From Holophagaceae bacterium (GTDB lineage: Bacteria > Acidobacteriota > Holophagae > Holophagales > Holophagaceae), in contig DAIDKC010000073.1 of NCBI GenBank assembly GCA_027451045.1, forward strand, positions 1 to 49,846: DNA of 49,846 nt, in the 5' to 3' direction. The position numbers and the translations under genes are program-made. Below, piece by piece: positions 1-10,831 of the stretch. The notes below the pieces were generated by a model that saw only the letters and a program-made list of their open reading frames with translations, had not been told where the DNA came from and did no database searches. Each line of letters starts with the position of its first letter. Positions within the stretch are counted from its first letter, which is position 1.

Positions 1-999
1 GGCCAGGGCCAGGAGGAGCAGCAACAGGGGGCGCCAGCGGGCCATGGGGCGGCCTGCGAAGGCCAGCCACAGCAGGAAGCCGGCCAGGGCGATCCAGGCA
101 CCCAGTTCGGGATGGGTGGGCTGGATGGAGCGGCGGACCGGCATCGGCAGCTTGCCGGCGGCCAGGGCTTCCAGGGCGGCCGCGGCCGTGTCGGCGTCGG
201 GGAAGAGGCGGCCTCCGGTGCCTTGGGCAAGCCGCGCGAGCATCCCGGGATGGGCGGTGCTCACCAGGGGCTCGGGCGGGGGCCCGGGGGCGGCCGGGGG
301 CTGCGCGGAAGGCACGGAGGCAGAAGCGGTGGGAGGCACCGCATGGGGCTTCCCATCCCCGAAGGCCAGGGCAAAGAGGGGGAGGTGGGCCTTCCGCAGG
401 GCTTCAGTGGCGCGGGCCAGGGCCGCCTCAGGCGTTTCCCAGGTCTCCTCGCCGTCGCTGAGCAGGAGGACCACTTCGGGACCCTCCCGGTCCGCCTGGG
501 CCGCAACCTGCGCCAGACCCCGGCCCAGGCTCGTGCCGGGGGAGCCCACGTCCCCGGGCGTCACGGCCCGGAGGCATTCCCTCAGCAGGGTCCGGTCCTC
601 GCCGGGGGGTTCCATGGGCACATCGTCGCCGGTGAGCAGATCCAGGCTCCAGCGCAACCCGGGCCGGGGGCTGGACCAGAGGCGGTCCAGGGAGGCCACG
701 GCGGCCTCCCATCGGGTCCGTCCTCCCGCATCCGGGACGGTCATGGATCGGCTGGCATCCAGCACCACGTGCACCGTGAGCCTCGGGTATGTGGGCAGCC
801 CCCAGCGCGGTTCCGCCAGGCCCAGCCCGAGGCCCGCCAGCATCAGGGCCATGCCCAGGCCCTGCCAGCCCGGACGCTGCCCCACCACCTGGACCCCGAG
901 GCCGGGCCGGAACTGGGCCCGCAGGCCCAGCCCCAGCGCCGCCAGGGCCAGGAGGGCCGCGGGGAGCAGGATCCAGGGGTGGGTGAAGGGGAGGGTCAT
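1..999 (-). CDS. VWA domain membrane protein (BatB-like), 3' end truncated by window edge
   Basis: Translated manually (absent from ORF track): MTLPFTHPWILL...AEPRWG...HVVLDASRSM (MIDAS DxSxS)...LLSDGE. Its ATG overlaps the TGA of the upstream VWA gene (ATGA, 996-999). Confidence 0.85.
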   Translation of the reverse strand, partial: MTLPFTHPWILLPAALLALAALGLGLRAQFRPGLGVQVVGQRPGWQGLGMALMLAGLGLGLAEPRWGLPTYPRLTVHVVLDASRSMTVPDAGGRTRWEAAVASLDRLWSSPRPGLRWSLDLLTGDDVPMEPPGEDRTLLRECLRAVTPGDVGSPGTSLGRGLAQVAAQADREGPEVVLLLSDGEETWETPEAALARATEALRKAHLPLFALAFGDGKPHAVPPTASASVPSAQPPAAPGPPPEPLVSTAHPGMLARLAQGTGGRLFPDADTAAAALEALAAGKLPMPVRRSIQPTHPELGAWIALAGFLLWLAFAGRPMARWRPLLLLLLALA

Positions 1000-1952
1000 G
1001 GTCCCGCCAGCCAGGTGGGCCGGGGCTTCCCGCGCTTGAAGGCGAGGTCGGCGGCGAGGGGCAGGGCGAGGGCGGCCGCGGCCAGCAGGAGCCAGGCGGC
1101 CAGAGGCCGTCCCTCCGTGGGCGGATCCACGGGGAGGACCGTCTTCTCCAGGCGGTCCACGGCGGCGAGGCTGCGGGCCAGCCCCTGGGGATCCTCGGCG
1201 CTGAAGGCCTCCCCGCCGGTGGCCTGGGCGACCTGGCGGAGGGTGGCATGGTCCACCTCGACATGGAGGCGCGCATAGCCGCCGCCCTCGATGGGCACCA
1301 GGCTCTCGCCGCTCCTCCCGAGGGCCACGGTGTGGATGCGGATGCCGTTCCGCCGGGCCTCCTCTGCCGCTTCCTGGGGCGTGACCCGGCCCCGGTTCTG
1401 GGCGCCGTCCGTGATCAGGAGGATGACGCGGGAGCGGGCCGGGCTGTCCTCCAGGCGCCGCACGGCGGTCATGAGGGCCGATCCGATGGCGGTCCCGTCG
1501 TCCCTGCTCTCGAGGTCGAGGCGGGCGAGGATGTGGAGCAGGCGCAGGTGGTCCGACGTGAGCGGACTGAGGGTGACGGGATGCGCGCTGAAGAGGATGA
1601 GGGCGAAGCGGTCGTCGGGGCGCTTCAGGACGAACCGCGCCAGCAGCCGCCGGGCCGCATGCCAGCGGTCCTCGTCCCCCTGGTCAATGATCCGCATGCT
1701 GCTGCTGCCGTCGAGCACGACGGCGAAGTCCACCACGGGCGCGAGGCCCGGCACCGTCGTACGCCATTCGGGGCCGGCGGCGGCCAGTCCCAGGGTCAGG
1801 GCCAGCAGCACCGGAAGCCAGTGGGCGCTGAGCCGGGCCACCCGGCCGGAGGGCTTCGAATGGGGGATGCCCCAGCGGTAGACGGCCCGCCAGCTCCAGA
1901 AGCCGAGCGGCGGCAGAGCCAGCAGGAGCAGGGGTTCGCGGAAGGCGATCAT
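996..1952 (-). CDS. VWA domain protein (BatA-like)
   Basis: MIAFREPLLLL start overlaps the upstream stop; VVLDGSSSM, GTAIGSAL, LITDG motifs; N- and C-terminal TM segments. Confidence 0.9.
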   Translation of the reverse strand: MIAFREPLLLLALPPLGFWSWRAVYRWGIPHSKPSGRVARLSAHWLPVLLALTLGLAAAGPEWRTTVPGLAPVVDFAVVLDGSSSMRIIDQGDEDRWHAARRLLARFVLKRPDDRFALILFSAHPVTLSPLTSDHLRLLHILARLDLESRDDGTAIGSALMTAVRRLEDSPARSRVILLITDGAQNRGRVTPQEAAEEARRNGIRIHTVALGRSGESLVPIEGGGYARLHVEVDHATLRQVAQATGGEAFSAEDPQGLARSLAAVDRLEKTVLPVDPPTEGRPLAAWLLLAAAALALPLAADLAFKRGKPRPTWLAGP

Positions 1953-2764
1953 CGTCCGCCCTCCGACGGACGGCGCCGGGGCTCCAGGCTCGCCAGGAGC
2001 GGTTCGCCCGGGGGGAACGGGGGTTCCGTGCGGCCGAAGCGGGCGGCGTCCAGGCTCTGGACCCACTGGTCCCAGGGGGCGAGACGGCGGGCGCGGAAGT
2101 CCGCCGGCCCCCAGGCCCGGGCTTCCTCCCCGAAGCGGGCAGCCAGGAGCTCCCGGCCGGAGTCGTGGGCTGCATCGAGGGCGGCACGGTCGTGGGAGCG
2201 GGGTGGCCAGCGGTGCAGGAACGCTTGGGCGGCCCGGTGCATCCTTCGGGCTCCCCGGCCCCGGCGCCAGCGCAGCAGGAGCCAGGCCCCCAGGGCCAGA
2301 GGCGGAAGCAGCAGAAGGCTGGCCCAGGCCCAGGGGAAGGGGATGGCCGGGATGATGTCGTCCCGTCCTCCGCCGTAGCCCATCCACGGCCCGCCGAAGG
2401 GCACGGTGCGGGGCACGGGAAGGCGCAGTTCCGGGCTCTGAATGCCGTGGCCCAGGTCGAGGGGCGGCACCACCGCGGTGCCGGGCGTCAGGGCCTGTAC
2501 CTGGAAGCGCCATCCCCGGCCGTCGGACAGGGGCTCCAGGGCCCGCAGGCGCAGGGGTCCCAGGCGGTCGTCCACCGCGGGGCGGTCCGGGGCGGGGGCG
2601 GCGGGGTCCGTCTCCCGCAGCACGAGGGTCTGCAGTTGGCCGAGCTTCAGCTGCGCCGGCGCCTGCCACACCGGCGCGGCCGTCGCGGACAGGCCCGCCA
2701 GCCCGCAGGCGGCGGCCAGGCAGCGGCAGCCCAGGGCCGAGGGCCGTGGCCCGGGGGCCTTCAT
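1949..2764 (-). CDS. Exported/membrane protein of Bat-type operon (BatD/DUF4381-like)
   Basis: Signal-peptide-like N-terminus, beta-rich segment, central TM (WAWASLLLLPPLALGAWLLL); translationally coupled on both sides. Confidence 0.65.
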   Translation of the reverse strand: MKAPGPRPSALGCRCLAAACGLAGLSATAAPVWQAPAQLKLGQLQTLVLRETDPAAPAPDRPAVDDRLGPLRLRALEPLSDGRGWRFQVQALTPGTAVVPPLDLGHGIQSPELRLPVPRTVPFGGPWMGYGGGRDDIIPAIPFPWAWASLLLLPPLALGAWLLLRWRRGRGARRMHRAAQAFLHRWPPRSHDRAALDAAHDSGRELLAARFGEEARAWGPADFRARRLAPWDQWVQSLDAARFGRTEPPFPPGEPLLASLEPRRRPSEGGR

Positions 2765-3525
2765 GCGCCCCCCGCCCGGAGCCAGGCGTCCAGCTTCTGG
2801 ACGGGATCCTCGGCCATATCCCAGGCCTGGCGCGCCACGGCGGGGGCAAAGCCCGGGTCGGGCCATTCCGCCGAGCCCCGGCCGGGCGGCTCCAGGGGCT
2901 GGAACCAGACGACGCGGTGGCGGGTGGCCAGGGGCTTCAGCAGCGGAGCCAGGCCGCCGAGGCCCGCGCCGTTGCTGAACAGCCAGAGACGATGGCCCCT
3001 GCCGTGCTCGCCCCAGTGGCCCAGGGCCTCGCGCCAGGCCGCTGGGGTCGGGATCGCGGGACCGCGCCCGGCCAGGGTCTCCAGCAGCCGAAGACCGTGG
3101 ACCCGGCCGCGCCTGGGGGCGATCCGAAGGGGGGGGGTGAGGCCGTCGCCCGGCACGATGAGGCCCAGGCGGTCCCCGGTGGCCTGGAGGGTGGCGAAGG
3201 CGGCACCGCAGAGTTCGAGGGCCCAGCGCAGGGGGGAGACCGGATCTCCCAGGAACATGGAGGGGGAGGGATCCACCACCAGCCACAGCATCAGGTCCCG
3301 GCTGGCCTCGAAGCGCTTCAGGACCGGCTCCCCCGTGCGCGCCGTCAGGGGCCAGTTGATGAACCGGGGATCGTCTCCGGGGACATAGGGGCGGTTCTCC
3401 ACGAAGGTGAGTCCCGCGCCCTTGAAGGTCGAGGGGTGCAGGCCCTCGGTGCCGCCGCCCAGGCGCCGGCGGAGGCGCAGCGGCAGGCGGCGCAGGCGGG
3501 CGAGGAACCGGGCGGGCAGGGGCAT
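2761..3525 (-). CDS. DUF58 family protein
   Basis: G.H.S.FKG.GLTFVENRPYVPGDDPRFINW..TAR motif, followed by VVDPSPSM. Confidence 0.9.
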   Translation of the reverse strand: MPLPARFLARLRRLPLRLRRRLGGGTEGLHPSTFKGAGLTFVENRPYVPGDDPRFINWPLTARTGEPVLKRFEASRDLMLWLVVDPSPSMFLGDPVSPLRWALELCGAAFATLQATGDRLGLIVPGDGLTPPLRIAPRRGRVHGLRLLETLAGRGPAIPTPAAWREALGHWGEHGRGHRLWLFSNGAGLGGLAPLLKPLATRHRVVWFQPLEPPGRGSAEWPDPGFAPAVARQAWDMAEDPVQKLDAWLRAGGA

Positions 3526-3558
3526 CTCAGCAGCCAGTATGGACCCGCCGGGCCGTGG

Positions 3559-4887
3559 TCAGGGGGCGCGGTCCAGGAGGACCCGCCCCCCGGACTCGGC
3601 CTCCGGCAGATCCTGGATGAGCGCGGAGAAAGCCTCGGGGGACGCCAGGGATTCGGGGCAGGCCTGCAGGACGCCCACCCAGCGGTTCCGGCCTTCAGCC
3701 TTGGCCCTGTACAGGGCGGCATCCGCCAGGGCCAGCGCCTGCTCCCAGGCAGGCTGGCCCTGCAGGCCGGGCACCAGGGGCATCACGCAGAAGCCCAGGG
3801 AGACCGTCTTCTGGAGGACGCGCCCGTCGGGCAGGCGGAAGGCGGTGGTCTCGACAGCCCGACGGAGCTTCTCCGCCACGACCCGCGCGTGCTCGGGGCG
3901 CTTCACCCACGCCACCGCCACGAACTCCTCGCCGCCCCAGCGGACCAGGTTGTCCGAGCGGCGCAGGGCCGAGGCCAGGGTCTGGGCGGTCTGCTTCAGC
4001 ACGGCGTCCCCGGCGGCATGGCCGTGGGTGTCGTTCACCTGCTTGAAGAAGTCCAGGTCCAGCATGTACACCCCGAGGGCGGTGTTCCGTTCGGGCTGCC
4101 GTCCCCGCTCGAGGTCCGTGGCATCCCGGGCGAGGCGCGCGGTCTCGAGGGGCATGAACTCCTGGAGGAAGCGGCGGTTGTGCAGGCGCGTCAGCGTGTC
4201 CCGGACCACCAGGTCCGAGAGGGTGAGGCTCAGGGCGATGGCCTCGCGGCGGGTCCGCCGCTGGTCCAGGCTGATGACGAACACCGCCACCGCATAGATG
4301 GCGAAGGAGGTCGCCAGGATGTCCGCTCCCCAGGCCGGCCGCGGATCCGTGACGGCCCGGATGAACAGGGCCCCCACCGGCGGGAGCATGTAGATCATGT
4401 AGACGAGCGGACTGAAGCCGAGGCTCATGATGGCCCCGGAGACGAGCCCGGAGGTGATCACCGCGAGGATGGCGATGCGGGCGGCCTCCATCTGGGGCCA
4501 CGCCAGGAACACCATGGCGCCCAGGGTGCAGGAGGTGAGGGCCACGCCCGCGGCGAAGGCCGCGAACTGGGTCCGGATGCTGGCCAGGTCCATCCGCCGG
4601 CGGTGCGGAATGAACATGAAGGCCAGGCGAACGAGGCTCACGGCGATCAGGACCAGGAACAAGCCGCGGAGGCGGCCGTCCACCCGGTAGGCCGGGGCCA
4701 CCGCCCACCGGATGACCCCGAGCAGCACCAGCAGGACGACAATGGCCACCTTGCCCCGGTCGTAGAGGTCCTTGACCATCTGGGCCCGGATCTCCGCTTC
4801 GCGCGCGGCATCGGGCGGGATCGGATCGGGAGCGGCGGCGTGGGGGTCCATGGGAGGTTCGGGCTCCGGGAGGTCGGCTGGAGGCAT
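3559..4887 (-). CDS. Membrane-bound diguanylate cyclase (about 6 TM + GGDEF)
   Basis: DTLTRLHNRR, MLDLDFFKQVNDTHGH..GD, RRSD I-site five residues before GGEEF, ADAALYRAK. Start may instead be 4851. Confidence 0.93.
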   Translation of the reverse strand: MPPADLPEPEPPMDPHAAAPDPIPPDAAREAEIRAQMVKDLYDRGKVAIVVLLVLLGVIRWAVAPAYRVDGRLRGLFLVLIAVSLVRLAFMFIPHRRRMDLASIRTQFAAFAAGVALTSCTLGAMVFLAWPQMEAARIAILAVITSGLVSGAIMSLGFSPLVYMIYMLPPVGALFIRAVTDPRPAWGADILATSFAIYAVAVFVISLDQRRTRREAIALSLTLSDLVVRDTLTRLHNRRFLQEFMPLETARLARDATDLERGRQPERNTALGVYMLDLDFFKQVNDTHGHAAGDAVLKQTAQTLASALRRSDNLVRWGGEEFVAVAWVKRPEHARVVAEKLRRAVETTAFRLPDGRVLQKTVSLGFCVMPLVPGLQGQPAWEQALALADAALYRAKAEGRNRWVGVLQACPESLASPEAFSALIQDLPEAESGGRVLLDRAP

Positions 4888-4899
4888 CCGGATGCGGGA

Positions 4900-6321
4900 C
4901 TACCACCTCACCTGGACGCGGTAGGTCAGGGTGGCGCTTCCGCCGGCGGGCACCCGCACGCTGAACTGGGCGGTATGGGCGTCCGTCTTCACGTACGGCA
5001 GGCTGTTCTGGAGCATCTCCCAGTCGCCGGGCATGGGCTCCCGCACCAGGACCGTCACGGGCTCCTGCTTCGCGTTCCGCAGGACGATCTCGTAGGCGCT
5101 CTCGGACACGTTGGCGTACCGCCCCTTGTGCCCCAGGTTCTGGTAGTCGGTCTGCTTGCGCCGGGCCGTGATGTCGAAGGCGTCGCCGAGCTTCACCCGG
5201 ACGGTCTCCTGCGCCGGGGTGTGGCTGATCCGGTCCTCCCCGATGAACTGGGCGCGGCCCTCCCGGTCCCGCTTGTAGACGCGGAGCACGCCCTTGGGCA
5301 GGGGCATGCCGAGATGGTGCGCCGGGTCGTTCCGGAAGGACAGGAACACCCCCACCTGCTCGGGAACGCCCTGGCCGCCCATGCTCCCGGTGTAGAAGGA
5401 CGGCTGCCCCTGGAGGACGTACTCCTTGTCCACCGGGACGGAGCCCGCGCTGAGCAGTGCCACCTGCTTGGTCTGGTTGGAGGCCAGGGTCGTGGGGCGG
5501 TCCAGGGTGTAGAGGTGGTACTCGAAGAGCCCTTCCTCCTGCATGCGGGGCTGGGCCGCGGCCTCCATCCGCGCCATGGCGAACGCCGGAGCCGGCCGGG
5601 TCTGCGCCTGGTGCACGTCCCCCGCCACCAGCTGGAGGGTGGCATGGGGGTAGGTGGTCCCGCTCTGGTTGGTGAGGGTCACCCAGCCGCTGAGGTCCAT
5701 GGTCTTCTCGTCGGGCGCGAGATTGGCCACGTAGTCCGCGTGCCAGGTGAGGCCCCGGGTGAGGTAGCTGAGCTCCAGGCGCTGCGGCGCGGCTTCGGGG
5801 CTGTGGAGGCTGATGACCAGGGTGGGGCGGGAGCGCAGGTTCGCGGGCACGCCGGGGTACACGATGCGGCCCGGGATGGTGGTCTCGATCCGGTCGGGGA
5901 ACTGGAGCACCACGCCGCCTTGGGTGGAGAGCACGGTGGCGGTCTCCCGCACCTCCCGTGCCCCGGCGCCCTCGGGATTGGGCACGCTGCGCACCACCGT
6001 CACCTGCTTGCCCACGTACTTGTCCAGCAGGGTCTGCGGGGTGAGCAGGTCGAAGTCGAAGTTCTGCTCCGTCACCCAGAAGTCCTTGGGGGCCGTCACG
6101 TCCCGGAGCAGCGCCGTCTCGGGGCGGATCTGGGCCGAGACGTCCTCGAAAGCCAGCCGGGCCTCGCCCTTCGGGAGGCGGACCTCCCGCGTGTCCTTCA
6201 CCAGGGCCAGGTCGTTGTTGTAGATGGTCACAGCCAGGGCCTTCTGGTCCTTCAGGGTCGTGGGGATTTCCCGGGCGGCCAGGAGGGAGGGCAGGGTGGC
6301 GAGCAGCAGGGCGGAGCGCAT
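4900..6321 (-). CDS. DUF4139 domain secreted protein
   Basis: Signal peptide; LAVTIYNNDLALVKD, EQNFDFDLL, LSYLT.GL.W.ADY, LFEYHLY, LPKG.LRVY motifs; GGAGG RBS. Confidence 0.85.
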   Translation of the reverse strand: MRSALLLATLPSLLAAREIPTTLKDQKALAVTIYNNDLALVKDTREVRLPKGEARLAFEDVSAQIRPETALLRDVTAPKDFWVTEQNFDFDLLTPQTLLDKYVGKQVTVVRSVPNPEGAGAREVRETATVLSTQGGVVLQFPDRIETTIPGRIVYPGVPANLRSRPTLVISLHSPEAAPQRLELSYLTRGLTWHADYVANLAPDEKTMDLSGWVTLTNQSGTTYPHATLQLVAGDVHQAQTRPAPAFAMARMEAAAQPRMQEEGLFEYHLYTLDRPTTLASNQTKQVALLSAGSVPVDKEYVLQGQPSFYTGSMGGQGVPEQVGVFLSFRNDPAHHLGMPLPKGVLRVYKRDREGRAQFIGEDRISHTPAQETVRVKLGDAFDITARRKQTDYQNLGHKGRYANVSESAYEIVLRNAKQEPVTVLVREPMPGDWEMLQNSLPYVKTDAHTAQFSVRVPAGGSATLTYRVQVRW

Positions 6322-6430
6322 GGAACCTCCGAAGGTCGGGATGGGCTGGAGCGGGGGCCCGATACCCCATTCATGCCGCGAGGGCGGAGATCATTCCTGG
6401 GAAAGCAGGACAAGTTCACCACCAAGACGC

Positions 6431-6474
6431 CAAGGCACCAAGCCGGCATTTCAGGGCCCCGGCTTGGTGCCTTG
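6431..6474. repeat. Perfect 16-bp inverted repeat (REP-like element or terminator hairpin)
   Basis: CAAGGCACCAAGCCGG (6431-6446), 12-nt loop, CCGGCTTGGTGCCTTG (6459-6474). Confidence 0.7.
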
Positions 6475-6498
6475 ATGGGGATGCGCTCCGGATCCGGC

Positions 6499-6924
6499 TC
6501 AGCCCAGCCTGCCTTCCCCCGCCAGGGCCTGGATGCGGGCCAGGGCGGTGTCGAGCTGGCCCTGGAGGAGCTTCTCGGCGCCCATCATCTTCATCATGGC
6601 CGGGATGTCCGCCTCGTCCACGATGCGCAGGGTGCTGCCGCCGCCACTGGCCGCGATCTCGAAGCGCAGCTCGTGGTCGAACATCTTCCTGCCGCCCGGC
6701 ACGAGGCTCACCCGCTGGCCGGGGATGCGCTCCTTCACCACCAGCTCCTGGGGCATCTTCATGCCCATGACCTCGACCTGGTAGCTGTGCCGGTCGGCGT
6801 CGCCCTGGAAGTTCAGGGCCCCGGGCTCCAGGAACGCACGGTGCTTCGACAGGTCGGACAGGAAGGCGAAGAGCGCGTCGGCGGGGACGGGCAGCGTGGC
6901 CGTGGCGGTCTGGAGGGTGGTCAT
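6499..6924 (-). CDS. SRPBCC/START (CoxG-like) family protein
   Basis: 141 aa; 'LPVPADALFAFLSDL' N-terminus and C-terminal amphipathic helix. Confidence 0.75.
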   Translation of the reverse strand: MTTLQTATATLPVPADALFAFLSDLSKHRAFLEPGALNFQGDADRHSYQVEVMGMKMPQELVVKERIPGQRVSLVPGGRKMFDHELRFEIAASGGGSTLRIVDEADIPAMMKMMGAEKLLQGQLDTALARIQALAGEGRLG

Positions 6925-7002
6925 CGGGGCTCCGTGGGAGAAACCGCCATCGAACCACGAAGCCGTGGTCGCCGCGAGGCCCTACCCTCGGGAAAGGGGG
7001 GA

Positions 7003-7668
7003 TCAGGACGCGCGCTCGCCGAAAAAGGCGGTGCCGATGCGGAGCTGGTCGGACCCGGCGGCGATGGCGGCCTCCAGGTCGCCGCTCATGCCCATGCTGA
7101 GGCGGAGGGGGCGGCCCAGCTCCTGCTGCAGGCGATCCCGCAGTCCGGCCAGCTGGCGGAAGGCGGTCGCCTCTCCCGGCGGCGGGATGGCCATGAGCCC
7201 CTCCAGGGGAAGCCGGGCATCGCCGCCGAGGGCGTCCAGCAGGGCGGGCAGATCGGCCTCCGCGCAGCCTCCGAGCTTGGTGGCCTCGTTCCAGAGGTCC
7301 ACCTGGAGCCAGACGGGACGCACCACGTCCAGCTCCTCCGCGAGGCGCCGCAGGCGGTCGGCGAGATCGGGGCGGTCGAGGCTGAGGATTTCCCGGAAGG
7401 CCTGGAGGGCGGCCTTGGCCTTGTTGCGCTGGAGGGGGCCGATCAGCACGAATTCAAGGCCCGGAGCCGCCTCGGCCTTGGCTGCACCCTCCTGCACGTA
7501 GTTCTCGCCGAAGCGGTGGAAACCGAGGGCCGCGGCCTCCTGGATGAGCGGCAGGGGCTGCCTCTTGGAGACGGGCAGAAGCTCCACGCCGCTGGGGTCC
7601 CGGCCAGCCTCCGCGCAGGCGCGGGCGATGCGGCTCCGCAGGGCCTCGAGGCGCTCGGTGAGGGTCAC
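7003..7668 (-). CDS. yggS: PLP homeostasis protein YggS
   Basis: VSK (PLP lysine), FGENYVQE, IGPLQRNK, GLMAIPP, LSMGMSGD, RIGTAFFG. Confidence 0.96.
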   Translation of the reverse strand: MTLTERLEALRSRIARACAEAGRDPSGVELLPVSKRQPLPLIQEAAALGFHRFGENYVQEGAAKAEAAPGLEFVLIGPLQRNKAKAALQAFREILSLDRPDLADRLRRLAEELDVVRPVWLQVDLWNEATKLGGCAEADLPALLDALGGDARLPLEGLMAIPPPGEATAFRQLAGLRDRLQQELGRPLRLSMGMSGDLEAAIAAGSDQLRIGTAFFGERAS

Positions 7669-8363
7669 GGCAGGAACAGGATGCGCTGGCAGGATTCGCA
7701 GGCCATGGGTTCCTTGGCCTCGCGCATCGCGGCCAGGAAAGGGGCCCGGAGCTTCACTCGGCAGCCGGTGCAGGTGCCGTTCTCGACCGCCGCTATCGCC
7801 TTGCCCTGGCGGTTGGAGAGCAGGCGGTGGAAGCGGGTCTGCTCCTGGGGGGGCAGACGCGCTTCGAGTTCGGTCCGCTTGGCCTGGAGCATCTCCCGGG
7901 CCGCCACCTGGTTGGCGTGCTCCTCGAGGAAGATGGCGTGCAGCTCGTCGAACCGGGAGCGGGTCTCCGATCGCTGTGTTTCCAGGGAGGCCAGGGCGGC
8001 CTCAAGGGCCTGGGCTTCGACCTCGAGGGCCTTCAGGGGCTTGCTGATCAGGGCCTTCTGGCGCTCCTTCTCGTCGAGTTCCCGGATCGCGGCGGTGTAC
8101 TGCACCTTCTGGCTGGTGGTCTTCACCGCAGCCCGGGCCCTGTCCTCGTCCTTCTGGGCTGTGGCGAGTTCCCGGCCCATCGTCTGGATCCGCACCCGCG
8201 CCCCCTCCAGGGCCTTGGTTTTCGCGGTGGCCTCGGTTTCGAGCGCCTTCAGGCGTTCGTTCAGGGAGGCGAGGTCGGGGGGGAAGGCCGTCAGATCGCG
8301 GTCAATGGTCCGCAGGTTGTCCAGGGTGGACTGGAGGTCGCGCAGGATGGCCAGGGTATCCAT
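7665..8363 (-). CDS. Coiled-coil protein with C4 zinc ribbon (DUF164/CT398-like)
   Basis: Long coiled coil, then CTGC...CESCQRIL. Confidence 0.88.
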   Translation of the reverse strand: MDTLAILRDLQSTLDNLRTIDRDLTAFPPDLASLNERLKALETEATAKTKALEGARVRIQTMGRELATAQKDEDRARAAVKTTSQKVQYTAAIRELDEKERQKALISKPLKALEVEAQALEAALASLETQRSETRSRFDELHAIFLEEHANQVAAREMLQAKRTELEARLPPQEQTRFHRLLSNRQGKAIAAVENGTCTGCRVKLRAPFLAAMREAKEPMACESCQRILFLP

Positions 8364-8479
8364 AGGCTTCGAGCCTACACCCGCCTTGGCGGCTCGGCGT
8401 CGTACGATGATTGAATGTATTGATGAATAAAATATGAATTTAATTTTTTAGATTTTGGTCCTCGAAAGCGGAAAGGGGC

Positions 8480-8509
8480 TTGACAGGGCTCCCGGCGAGG
8501 ATCCAAGAT
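8480..8509 (+). promoter_or_regulatory. Putative sigma70 promoter of groESL
   Basis: Perfect -35 TTGACA (8480-8485) and weak -10 CAAGAT (8504-8509), directly before CIRCE; AT-rich tract upstream. Confidence 0.6.
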
Positions 8510-8536
8510 TTGGCACTCGCTGTGGCCGAGTGCTAA
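8510..8536 (+). promoter_or_regulatory. CIRCE operator (HrcA binding site)
   Basis: TTGGCACTC-N9-GAGTGCTAA, one mismatch to the consensus, upstream of groES. Confidence 0.95.
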
Positions 8537-8576
8537 CAGCCCCTTTTCCCGCGCTTTCTCTCTCTAAGGAGGTTCC

Positions 8577-8864
8577 ATGGCCATCAAGCCCCTGTCCGAC
8601 CGCGTCCTGCTGAAGCGGATGGACCCCGCCGAAGTCGTCAAGGGCGGCATCATCATCCCCGACACCGCCAAGGAGAAGCCCATGGAGGCCGAAGTGGTGG
8701 CCGTGGGCGAGGGCAAGGTCAACGACAACGGCACCCGCAACCCCATGTCCGTGAAGGCCGGCCAGAAGGTGCTGATCGGCAAGTACAGCGGCACGGAAGT
8801 GAAGATCGAGGGCGTGGACCACGTCATCGTGCGCGAGGACGAGATCCTGGCGATCATCGGCTGA
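8577..8864 (+). CDS. groES: Co-chaperonin GroES
   Basis: [21 protein letters not shown]; AAGGAGG RBS. Confidence 0.99.
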   Translation: MAIKPLSDRVLLKRMDPAEVVKGGIIIPDTAKEKPMEAEVVAVGEGKVNDNGTRNPMSVKAGQKVLIGKYSGTEVKIEGVDHVIVREDEILAIIG

Positions 8865-8872
8865 ACACCTGA

Positions 8873-10519
<1,647 letters not shown>

Positions 10520-10537
10520 TCGTCGCCCACCTTCCTG

Positions 10538-10572
10538 CGAGAAACGCCCCGCCCAGCGGGGCGTTTCTCGTT
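10538..10572 (+). terminator. Hairpin after groEL, likely terminator
   Basis: 15-bp stem CGAGAAACGCCCCGC-CCA-GCGGGGCGTTTCTCG; only a short U tail. Confidence 0.75.
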
Positions 10573-10831
10573 GGGGGGGAAGCGTCCCGCCGGGTAGCCC
10601 TGCCGAGGGGTGCAAGGTCATGGATGATTCAGCTCAAGTCTGAAGTACATGCCTTTTTGGAACAATATTGCAAACGCGTCTGAGATGCGCAATTTGACAC
10701 GTAACATGCCACCAATAGGTAGTTTGTATTTTTGAATACCAATGGGTTGACTATGTTCTCCGCGGGGCGGATGCTTCCTGCGAACGATCCCCGAAAGCCC
10801 TTCGGGTCCTTTGATGAGAACGGGAGAACCC

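Noticed and set aside
241-256. CCCGGGATGGGC shared with priA (29501) and holA (reverse complement, about 45591)
   Set aside because: A 12-bp GC-rich match around Ala-His-Pro-Gly codons; plausible by chance.
2746-8430. 1894-aa ORF on the + strand
   Set aside because: Antisense shadow. Five consecutive minus-strand genes (ends 2761, 3559, 4900, 6499, 7003) share one codon register, and TTA/CTA/TCA codons are rare in high-GC genes. No recognisable domains.
10658-10672. TGGAAC...TTGCA resembling a sigma54 promoter
   Set aside because: GG-to-GC spacing is 9 nt, not the required 10.
10694-10707. FNR-like box TTGAC-ACGT-AACAT
   Set aside because: The right half-site is a poor match; not supportable alone.
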